A DNA stretch of 11,465 nt from Candidatus Caldarchaeum sp. (GCA_038844785.1 JAWBRA010000041.1:1-11465); one strand, 5' to 3'. Positions 1 to 6,278 are shown, numbered from the stretch's first letter. Numbers and translations are program-made. The notes: a model not told the origin generated them from the sequence alone.

Positions 1-656
1 GTCGGGCTGTTGGGCAGGAAAAGCTTGTTGAACATCAGCCTGCTGAAGTCGTCGAACGTCTTCGCAACCTTTTCAGGAATAGCGTTGTCTACGAAGTCCT
101 GTGGTCTCCCACATCTCTCCAGAAGCCGCCTCAAATCGCGTAGGATGTATTCGTTTTTGAGGAAGTTTTGCGGTAGTGGGACGAGCCTGCTGTCGTATTG
201 AGCTTCGGCCACGGCTATCGCCGAAGCAACCCTGTAAACCATGCCTTCAGGGGTTTCTGCAAGACCTTTCTCGTCTCGTAGAAGGTATCTTGAAGCTAGA
301 AGCCTTACAGCGTTGACTGAAAGGGATTTCTTCGTCCACCTGCTAGGCTCTGTTCCAAGAAGAAGAGCTTTTTTCTCAGTCCTTTCCTCCTCCCTACGCT
401 TTCTATACGTGATGTAAGCCTTGGCGACGTCGTAAAGGCCGTGTCTCATAAGCGACAGCTCCACCAAGTCCTGTATATCTTCGACATGAGGTGTCTCGAC
501 GCCTTTCTCCGCCAGAATGCTGACGACCTCGTTTGTTATTTTCTTGGCTGCCTCTGTGTCCGGCCTGCCCAGCTCCCTCATAGCCCCTAGAACTGCGTTG
601 TATATCCGTCTGTCATCAAAACCCTCTAGAGAACCGTCTCTCTTGATAACCCTCAT
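1..656 (-). CDS. nrdJ: Ribonucleotide reductase large subunit with N-terminal ATP cone, probably class II (adenosylcobalamin-dependent); 5' part only, runs off the window
   Basis: Not in the ORF track. Manual translation from ATG 656 gives MRVIKRDGSLEGFDDRRIYNAV...VEDIQDLVELSLMRHGLYDVAKAYITYRKRRE (ATP cone), then NAVRALASRYLLRDEKGLAETPEGMVYRVA and FLPNSP (RNR N-terminal motifs). Class II is inferred from the archaeal context and architecture. An in-frame ATG exists at 677, but promoter spacing favours 656. Confidence 0.9.
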   Translation of the reverse strand, partial: MRVIKRDGSLEGFDDRRIYNAVLGAMRELGRPDTEAAKKITNEVVSILAEKGVETPHVEDIQDLVELSLMRHGLYDVAKAYITYRKRREEERTEKKALLLGTEPSRWTKKSLSVNAVRLLASRYLLRDEKGLAETPEGMVYRVASAIAVAEAQYDSRLVPLPQNFLKNEYILRDLRRLLERCGRPQDFVDNAIPEKVAKTFDDFSRLMFNKLFLPNSP

Positions 657-673
657 AGCTGGATGTATGGCGG

Positions 674-697
674 TCATGGCTTTAAGCTGATGGGGCC
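674..697 (-). promoter_or_regulatory. 24-bp conserved promoter element (RNR gene)
   Basis: Reverse complement GGCCCCATCAGCTTAAAGCCATGA matches the 4237-4260 copy at 20/24; ATG 656 lies 18 nt downstream. Confidence 0.8.
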
Positions 698-758
698 TGA
701 ACCCCGTCCACCCGCTGGGAAAAACTGCTTCGAAACGGGACATTGTTTAACGTCAATT

Positions 759-1532
759 TTATGACGAGACGCATTCTATGGCTATTCTCAGGGGGTCCAC
801 ATGGTTTATGGGGAGGTCTACGACGGCGGCGAACTTTGTGGCGTGGACGAATTTCTTGGGGTAGGATGTTGCGGCAGGGTTGAAGAACGGGCTGTCGCGT
901 ACCTTGGCGAGAAGCGTCCCCCCATCCCGCGACGGCATGATGACGCCGATAATGGACTTGTCTGGATGTGCGTCTTCGATAAGAGCTATGCTGAGCGGTG
1001 TCTCGGTCACGGCTATGAAGCCGAGCGGGGTCTCGATGAAGCGGGTTTTTTTCGCCTGCTGGTATTCATCGAGTATCGCAAGGATGTTTTTCCCTACGGC
1101 CTTCATAACCTCGTGGAGGGGGTCTTGTGGTTTTATCGTGGTGTGGGACATGAAAACTTTGAGCAGGGCTTTCTCGGCTAGGCTTCTTCTAGCCTGTCCG
1201 ACTGTGGCGGCGGCGTGTCTGTGCCCCATGCGGTCGGCAACATCCACGTATACGAAATCCGACGGAAGGTCTTCGAGAGATATTCCGTAAACGTCTCTGA
1301 GAACCAGAAAAAAGCTGGAGGGGATGTCTATGTCCTGATGGTGGTCGAAGAACCTTACTCCGTCGTATCTTCGCCCAATGTCCACGACTATTGTGTCCTC
1401 GTCAACTTCGTCGGCGGATAGTTCGGGAACACGCTCCACCACCGCTTGGGGATGTTTCAGCAGAAGAAGCGATACGGCGAGAAACTCGTCACAGTGGGCA
1501 GGTCCCGAATGTGTTAGAATCCTCCGAATCAT
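759..1532 (-). CDS. MYG1/UPF0160-family metal-dependent hydrolase (DHH superfamily, putative exonuclease), 257 aa
   Basis: Motifs ILTHSGPAHCDEF, VVDIGRRYDG..FFDHHQ and C-terminal FVHATKF match the MYG1 pattern (THxGxFHxDE, DVGxxYD, FDHHQ, FVHxxGF). Start moved from 1640 to ATG 1532, 19 nt below the promoter element. Confidence 0.85.
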   Translation of the reverse strand: MIRRILTHSGPAHCDEFLAVSLLLLKHPQAVVERVPELSADEVDEDTIVVDIGRRYDGVRFFDHHQDIDIPSSFFLVLRDVYGISLEDLPSDFVYVDVADRMGHRHAAATVGQARRSLAEKALLKVFMSHTTIKPQDPLHEVMKAVGKNILAILDEYQQAKKTRFIETPLGFIAVTETPLSIALIEDAHPDKSIIGVIMPSRDGGTLLAKVRDSPFFNPAATSYPKKFVHATKFAAVVDLPINHVDPLRIAIECVSS

Positions 1533-1550
1533 GGATGGACTACACGGGTT

Positions 1551-1574
1551 TGATGGATTTAAGGAGGTGAGGCC
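1551..1574 (-). promoter_or_regulatory. 24-bp conserved promoter element (MYG1-like gene)
   Basis: Reverse complement GGCCTCACCTCCTTAAATCCATCA, 21/24 identical to 4237-4260; overlaps the stop codon of the upstream gene. Confidence 0.85.
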
Positions 1575-1828
1575 TTGCGTGATGACTGAGCGGCGACATG
1601 AACTCCCACAGCTGTGGATAATGGTCTGTCCTCGAAACATATCTTTGTCACAAGCTTCAGCCTGCCGTCGCTGAGGCGGTAGACTTTGACGATGTCTCCC
1701 TCACGGCATGACCTCAGGCACTCCAAGTATTCGGCTAGATGTGTTCCGCAAAGGTATAGAGTGGTCTGGGTCTTCAGGTTGACCGCCTTGAACCTGTACC
1801 GCCTCCCACAGCGGTAACCGCACTCCAT
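1559..1828 (-). CDS. Small Cys/His-rich putative zinc-binding protein, 89 aa
   Basis: CGYRC...LCGTH ligand pattern; ATG 13 nt after the stop of the wHTH gene with a GAGGGG SD-like sequence. Confidence 0.6.
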   Translation of the reverse strand: MECGYRCGRRYRFKAVNLKTQTTLYLCGTHLAEYLECLRSCREGDIVKVYRLSDGRLKLVTKICFEDRPLSTAVGVHVAAQSSRKASPP

Positions 1829-1840
1829 GGTCGAAACCCC

Positions 1841-2317
1841 TCAAGAGGTCTGACGCGGCTCCACCTGCTCGGAGAAAACCCTGTGAAAGCTGGTGAAAGT
1901 CTCCAGCATTGACTTGATTTCCAGCAGACAGTTGCCGCAGAGGTACCAGCCGTTGTAGTAGACGAGCATGCCGTAGGAGTGGCATAGGCTGCAGAATGGT
2001 TTTTTCACCCCACTCTGCACTATCTCGTTCCCAGTTTTATTCTGTTTTTCCCTGTTTTCAGCCCTCGGTGGAGAGGTTTTTATCTGCTCAACCTTTTGGA
2101 GAAGGGTGTTTGGGTCGATGACTGTATAGACGTATGTGTTGTCGTCTGTCAGCCTTTTTTCAACAATACCGTTCTCCGCAAACCTTTCAAGATAATGCCA
2201 CGCCGTTTGTCTCGGAACTCCGACATCTCTGGCTATCTGGGAGAGTGTTGCGGGACCCTGTAAAAGCCTCTCGGCAACCCTGAACTTTGTTTTCACATAG
2301 CTGGCGGCAACTTCCAC
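1841..2317 (-). CDS. Winged-helix HTH transcription regulator with C-terminal C4 zinc finger, 158 aa
   Basis: LLQGPATLSQIARDVGVPRQTAWHYLERFAENGIVEK is a typical wHTH; C-terminal CSLC-x14-CGNC. Confidence 0.85.
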   Translation of the reverse strand: MEVAASYVKTKFRVAERLLQGPATLSQIARDVGVPRQTAWHYLERFAENGIVEKRLTDDNTYVYTVIDPNTLLQKVEQIKTSPPRAENREKQNKTGNEIVQSGVKKPFCSLCHSYGMLVYYNGWYLCGNCLLEIKSMLETFTSFHRVFSEQVEPRQTS

Positions 2318-2334
2318 GGGTCTGTACTGGTGTC

Positions 2335-2378
2335 TGATGGATAAATTCGTATGATGTGGCCTTTTACGTATTTATATA
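2335..2378. promoter_or_regulatory. Divergent promoter region between the wHTH gene and the metallopeptidase gene
   Basis: TTTATATA at 2371-2378 lies 22-29 nt before ATG 2400. On the minus strand a 27-nt variant of the conserved element (GGCCACATCATACGAATTTATCCATCA, 2335-2361) ends 18 nt before GTG 2317. Confidence 0.7.
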
Positions 2379-2399
2379 TGGCGGTAAACTCATCGCCTA

Positions 2400-3569
2400 A
2401 TGAGCGTCGCAGGCCTTCTGTTAATGCTCGTGCTTACCCTGCCCCAGATACCTGTTGAGCCTCCTCTGCTGGCAATAGACGTGACATGGGTGAAGTTGCC
2501 TGTAATGGTTTATGCCGACTATCAAGGCTCCAAATGCTCTCCAGAGGAGAACAGGGCCATCCTAGACATAGTACCCATGGCTCTGGAGATACATTACCAG
2601 TCAAACATAAGATACATTGCGGAGTTCGTCAGAGAAAGCTACATCATAGAGGTAAAGCAGACCTCTAACCCGTCTCAGGCGCAGGTTACTCTCACCGCTG
2701 AGAAGCTCGACAGGTTTGCGGGCATAGCGACAGCCACTACGTGGGACCCCATAACCTCTACTTGGAAGGATGTAAGGATTAAGTTGGACTGCATGATGGC
2801 TAGGGCGATTCCGGAAGCCCGTATAACGGTTTTCCTGCATGAGCTGTATCACACGCTCGGCGTCGGACATCCCGACGAGGGAAACATGTATGAGCTTATG
2901 GGAGGCGCTGCATGGAATATGACGGTCTACCCCTCAACGCTGGATTTCTACGCCTTATACGCCGTCCGCAGGACAATGACCAAGACGTATGTAAGGCTTC
3001 CAAGCAACATACCGTACGTCATGCTTGAGCCCTACAACGTAACGTTGTCGAAGCTCGCTGGTAGGGTGGGGGAGCTTGAAACACGCCTCAACCAGACAAC
3101 CCTTCAGCTGAGGCTTTCGGAGCAGGAGGTGGAAGCCCTTAGAAAAACACTTGAAAACGACGTAGCTGTACTTGACAGCAGGGTGGACGTCATCGAGGGC
3201 AGGCTGGAGAATGTGGAGGCCACGCTGTATAACGTGAGAGAGGACAACAGCATGTTCAAACAACAGTTTCAAACGGTTGATAAGGAGCTGAAATCTCAGG
3301 CCTCTAGGCTGGACTCCATAGCCGCCGAGGTGGGGGGTTTGAGGGGTTCTTACGAGCCGCTGTCTTCACGGGTCTCGGGAATAATCAACGCCATCGACGA
3401 GTTGAGGACACAGCTTGAAAGGCTGACGGAGGAGAACCGCAGGCTGACACTGCTGTCGATTACATCCTGTATGCTTGCGGCCTCTGCCGTGGTAGCCACA
3501 GCCGCGCTGGCAGCCAAAGCCGTAAGAAAGACCGGACATGCAGATGAAGCGTCGAAGACAACCGGCTGA
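2400..3569 (+). CDS. Secreted, C-terminally membrane-anchored zinc metallopeptidase (metzincin/matrixin-like) with long coiled-coil stalk, 389 aa
   Basis: Hydrophobic N-terminal signal; HELYHTLGVGH (HExxHxxGxxH, 2838-2870) followed by a Met-turn-like ELM; heptad-rich region of roughly 130 aa; C-terminal hydrophobic helix and charged tail. Confidence 0.85.
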   Translation: MSVAGLLLMLVLTLPQIPVEPPLLAIDVTWVKLPVMVYADYQGSKCSPEENRAILDIVPMALEIHYQSNIRYIAEFVRESYIIEVKQTSNPSQAQVTLTAEKLDRFAGIATATTWDPITSTWKDVRIKLDCMMARAIPEARITVFLHELYHTLGVGHPDEGNMYELMGGAAWNMTVYPSTLDFYALYAVRRTMTKTYVRLPSNIPYVMLEPYNVTLSKLAGRVGELETRLNQTTLQLRLSEQEVEALRKTLENDVAVLDSRVDVIEGRLENVEATLYNVREDNSMFKQQFQTVDKELKSQASRLDSIAAEVGGLRGSYEPLSSRVSGIINAIDELRTQLERLTEENRRLTLLSITSCMLAASAVVATAALAAKAVRKTGHADEASKTTG

Positions 3570-3590
3570 AGGATGGACCCCATATTTAAT

Positions 3591-3677
3591 GTCAAATATT
3601 TGACTCGACGACCGTCTAACCATAGTCATGAAATATACAACAATCGTCTAAAACTATATAAATGTCAAATGATTGAC
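3591..3677. promoter_or_regulatory. Pair of GTCAA-N4-TTGAC palindromic operator-like sites in an AT-rich intergenic region
   Basis: GTCAAATATTTGAC (3591-3604, perfect palindrome) and GTCAAATGATTGAC (3664-3677), both preceded by AAT, 73 bp apart. Confidence 0.65.
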
Positions 3678-3740
3678 GGAAGGCTCCAAGGCTTGCTGAT
3701 ATTATCGTTTTAATCCATCTCCTTAACCATAGGATGTAGA

Positions 3741-3965
3741 TTGGCCAACGACGGGGCTAAGCTTTATGTGAGAGTCTTCAGGGTGGCGAGGGGTAGACAA
3801 AAGAGCGTGTTCAACAAAACCTACACCATCTCCGAGTATGTTGATTATCTCAGGATGATGGGTGAGCTGAGGACGATGCTGTGGGGTGAGTATCTCAGAG
3901 GCAGGCATGTCAAACAAATGATGCTGCGGCCGTCGAAGTTGAAACCTGTTCCACGCCTTTTTTGA
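3741..3965 (+). CDS. Small basic hypothetical protein, 74 aa
   Basis: TTG start 21 nt below a partial promoter element (CGTTTTAATCCATC, 3706-3719); fills the gap between flanking genes; no recognised family. Confidence 0.6.
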   Translation: MANDGAKLYVRVFRVARGRQKSVFNKTYTISEYVDYLRMMGELRTMLWGEYLRGRHVKQMMLRPSKLKPVPRLF

Positions 3966-3969
3966 CGAA

Positions 3970-3993
3970 GGCGTCATCAAGCTATAGCCATGC
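3970..3993 (+). promoter_or_regulatory. Degenerate copy of the 24-bp promoter element
   Basis: GGCGTCATCAAGCTATAGCCATGC, 17/24 identical to the RNR-gene copy; ATG 4017 lies 24 nt downstream. Confidence 0.5.
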
Positions 3994-4016
3994 TTTCCAT
4001 CTTCGTATGTCGGGGG

Positions 4017-4223
4017 ATGAAGGAGGAAGTAGTGGTCAGGTTAAACCACAGACGCTCCTACGCCAACGGCTACAGATACTGTTCACATTGTCGGAGATTC
4101 CTGCTTGTAGAGGGGCTGCGGTGTCCTTTCTGCGGAAGGCAGATGAGGTGGCGTCCGAGAAAAAGTAAACATAAACAGGGCAGGGTTCACGTCGAGCTAA
4201 ACCCTGAGGACTTGGGCGTTTAG
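4017..4223 (+). CDS. Small basic C4 zinc-finger protein (paralog A), 68 aa
   Basis: YANGYRYCSHCRRF...LRCPFCGRQMRWRPRK; ATG 4017 is preferred over 3990 because 3990 falls inside the promoter element. Confidence 0.8.
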   Translation: MKEEVVVRLNHRRSYANGYRYCSHCRRFLLVEGLRCPFCGRQMRWRPRKSKHKQGRVHVELNPEDLGV

Positions 4224-4236
4224 AGTGTCGGTCGAT

Positions 4237-4260
4237 GGCCTCATCCGCTTAAATCCATCA
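4237..4260 (+). promoter_or_regulatory. 24-bp conserved promoter element (reference copy)
   Basis: GGCCTCATCCGCTTAAATCCATCA; exact reverse complement of 4996-5019; ATG 4279 lies 19 nt downstream. Confidence 0.85.
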
Positions 4261-4278
4261 TACATCGAAGATGATACC

Positions 4279-4434
4279 ATGTTGCTGGTGCTGGTTCTGG
4301 CGATAGGTTTCACCGTTGCGTTGATGGTTAGCCCCAAGCTTAGGTTCGCCACAGCCCTAATCCTGAGGAGAGCTCTTTTCCTGAACGGCAGGAGAAACAA
4401 CAGGCAGGCGAGCAACGTCTATGCAAGGGGATGA
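4279..4434 (+). CDS. Small membrane-associated protein, 51 aa
   Basis: MLLVLVLAIGFTVALMVSP hydrophobic N-terminus and basic tail; start set by promoter spacing; ATGA overlap with the next gene. Confidence 0.6.
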   Translation: MLLVLVLAIGFTVALMVSPKLRFATALILRRALFLNGRRNNRQASNVYARG

Positions 4435-4712
4435 AGACGACTGTGGAGAGGGAGCTACATGGTGGAGGACTGTATGAGAGGGGCTTCAAATACTGTTCAA
4501 GATGCCGCAAATACTTCTTGACCGGGAGCCTGAGATGCCCCAGATGTGGAAGAAGAATGAGATACAGGCCGAGGCGCAAACACCCATACAGTAAACATAG
4601 TTATGGGTTTTTCTCCAGAAGCTCCTTAGCCCTTTTGGCAATCTCAACCTTTTTTGAAGTCTTGTCGCATATCTTAACTAGCTTGAAACGTGCTGGACGG
4701 CCAGCAACATAG
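4431..4712 (+). CDS. Small basic C4 zinc-finger protein (paralog B), 93 aa
   Basis: YERGFKYCSRCRKYF...LRCPRCGRRMRYRPRRK, clearly paralogous to 4017-4223; the last 112 nt overlap the convergent gene. Confidence 0.75.
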   Translation: MKTTVERELHGGGLYERGFKYCSRCRKYFLTGSLRCPRCGRRMRYRPRRKHPYSKHSYGFFSRSSLALLAISTFFEVLSHILTSLKRAGRPAT

Positions 4713-4978
4713 TCTATGCTCTCTATAGCGGCAGCCAATAAAGCTGCCTCAGCAGGGCTCGCAGACATAGGAACAGTTAGAATATGTTTTTCACCGTTCC
4801 TGTCGAGGATGCATTTTCCAGCCTTCCCCTCCTTCTGAAGGTTCGACAGGCTGTATGACTCTATCACTTCTGTCTGGCCGTACAGGGCTCCGAAAACATC
4901 ACGTATGGAAACACCATCAGCCTCAACTTCGAACACAAGCTCGAACTCGTGTCCGAACGGCTTTGACACAGACTTCAT
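4601..4978 (-). CDS. Stand-alone homolog of the N-terminal (RNA-binding) domain of archaeal DnaG, no TOPRIM domain, 125 aa
   Basis: ADGV..RDVFGALYGQTE, LSNLQKEGKAGK, EAALLAAAIESIDYV and KRAKELL track the archaeal DnaG N-terminal pattern as I recall it (DGVV..PDVxGAIFGQTEG, LRELQKTGRIGR, ETAILAAALETIDRV, ERAKELL); the stop falls immediately after the domain. Confidence 0.8.
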   Translation of the reverse strand: MKSVSKPFGHEFELVFEVEADGVSIRDVFGALYGQTEVIESYSLSNLQKEGKAGKCILDRNGEKHILTVPMSASPAEAALLAAAIESIDYVAGRPARFKLVKICDKTSKKVEIAKRAKELLEKNP

Positions 4979-4995
4979 GGCTGCTGATACAACGC

Positions 4996-5019
4996 TGATG
5001 GATTTAAGCGGATGAGGCC
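4996..5019 (-). promoter_or_regulatory. 24-bp conserved promoter element (DnaG-NTD gene)
   Basis: TGATGGATTTAAGCGGATGAGGCC, 24/24 inverted copy of 4237-4260; ATG 4978 lies 18 nt downstream. Confidence 0.85.
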
Positions 5020-5033
5020 TTCACACGGCCGTT

Positions 5034-5354
5034 CTATATCTCCAGCTCTTCTTCACCACTACCCTCGGTTTTTGGGTTAACTTTCTCTAAAGCATCCATC
5101 AGAGCGTCAAGCTTCTTGTTTGACAGGAGCTGTCTGAAAGCCTCAAGCTCACTCCTACTCCTCAGCATAAGCCCCCTCCTCTTGGTGGGTGCTCCATCCT
5201 CGCCTACGGGGTTTATCTCGACGATGAGCGACGCAGGCCTACCCCTATAGGCCGGTGCTTTAACAACAAACAGTCCGGGAGAGTCCTTGACGGGCGCTCT
5301 CTGCCAGTCTCTCCCCGCTTGCAGCAGCCTCCTCAACCCATCCTCCAAGGACAT
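5034..5354 (-). CDS. Conserved-looking archaeal protein, putative PC4-like ssDNA-binding protein with acidic tail, 106 aa
   Basis: LIVEINPVGEDGAPTKRRGLMLRSRSELEAF resembles the PC4 strand-hairpin-KG(I/L)xL-helix pattern; ends GSGEEELEI. ATG 5354 chosen over 5384. The CDS is solid; the fold call is tentative. Confidence 0.55.
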   Translation of the reverse strand: MSLEDGLRRLLQAGRDWQRAPVKDSPGLFVVKAPAYRGRPASLIVEINPVGEDGAPTKRRGLMLRSRSELEAFRQLLSNKKLDALMDALEKVNPKTEGSGEEELEI

Positions 5355-5437
5355 GCTACAACAACCTCTGCATAGGCTGAACAAATACTTTCAAGGCCGA
5401 TGCTTAGACTGTCTTGGGAAAAGCGGTAGCTAGTGGC

Positions 5438-5716
5438 TTACGGCGGTATAAGCTCTCTGCGGGTGAGCTGTTTATGGATTGGTTTCCTTCGGTTTTGTCC
5501 GAGAATCAAGGCGATAATGGTTGCTGTGGTTGAGAGGATGATTGCGGAGATTATGATGGCTGCTCCTTTTTCACCTGCCAGCAGACGGAAGAAAATGAGC
5601 CCTACCAAGATGAAGAATACGATGAAGGGTAGGATTAGGGGTAGTATGGTGATTGTAGCCGTGATTAGAAGCGCTGTTACAACGGCTCTGGAGATTAGCT
5701 TAGCGATTTCTTTCAA
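5438..5716 (-). CDS. Small integral membrane protein (2-3 TM, basic C-terminus), 92 aa
   Basis: Long Ile/Leu-rich stretches; TTG start preceded by GAAGGTGA SD (5723-5730); partial promoter element CCGCTTAAATACAT at 5774-5787. Confidence 0.7.
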   Translation of the reverse strand: MKEIAKLISRAVVTALLITATITILPLILPFIVFFILVGLIFFRLLAGEKGAAIIISAIILSTTATIIALILGQNRRKPIHKQLTRRELIPP

Positions 5717-5900
5717 GGTGTTTCACCTTCTACCGTTAGGCTGAGGTATTTTCTCTGTGACGATGAAGTTCACATGTATTTAAGCGGTTTTTCGCGGCAC
5801 GCATCGCCTCATATCGGTAGCGTGGTGGCCTTAAACGGGTTACATCCTGTCTCTTCAGATGTCCCCACACCTCATGTAGGGCAGGCTTTATTCCAAAACA

Positions 5901-6278
5901 TCATAGACTGTAGCTGGACAGTTTCTTGATACGGTTTAGCATGTACCATACCAGCCTCACACCCTCGATTCTTTTCCTAACCTCCTCTAGGGCTTTTCCG
6001 GCTGTGTTGCTGTCTTTTTTCATGAGGGTTTCAAGGGTTTTTACACGATGTTGTAAGACCTCTTTCATCGTGCAGTACTCCAGCTCAAGTTCCCCCCTCA
6101 ACTGTTCCATCCCGTCTACATTGAACGGGTCTCTCAGCCTTTCCAAGGCTTGGTTATAGCAGACAACAGCTTTCTCGGTCATTATCAAGCGTATTTCCTT
6201 ATCTGCTGTAGCCTGAAGATGCTGAGGTATGTCCGTCTCATGAACGGCTGGAGGAGCTGTCAAACGTTTGTCATCCAT
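5901..6278 (-). CDS. Alpha-helical/coiled-coil hypothetical protein downstream of the tubulin-like gene, 125 aa
   Basis: ATG 6278 with GGAGGTG SD; overlaps the stop of the tubulin-like gene; E/K/L/R-rich helical composition. Confidence 0.7.
   Translation of the reverse strand: MDDKRLTAPPAVHETDIPQHLQATADKEIRLIMTEKAVVCYNQALERLRDPFNVDGMEQLRGELELEYCTMKEVLQHRVKTLETLMKKDSNTAGKALEEVRKRIEGVRLVWYMLNRIKKLSSYSL

Noticed and set aside
657-758. Cobalamin riboswitch upstream of the RNR gene, or an intein in the visible RNR part
   Set aside because: The gap is only about 100 bp and promoter spacing implies a leaderless mRNA; the visible 218 codons show no intein motifs.
1533-1640. N-terminal extension of the MYG1-like ORF in the ORF track
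   Set aside because: It overlaps the upstream gene and the promoter element; MYG1 similarity starts at ATG 1532.
4601-4978. Calling this dnaG primase or a frameshifted dnaG pseudogene
   Set aside because: There is no TOPRIM domain or remnant downstream; the ORF is intact, ends at the domain boundary and has a perfect promoter element.
4237-5019. 24-bp perfect inverted repeat read as IS/MITE terminal inverted repeats
   Set aside because: No transposase, no target-site duplication in the flanks (…GTCGAT / TTCACA…), and the same motif recurs singly at a fixed distance from other start codons, which fits a promoter.
674-5019. Recurrent 24-bp sequence read as a CRISPR repeat
   Set aside because: Copies are dispersed, in both orientations and separated by whole genes, not by 30-45-bp spacers.
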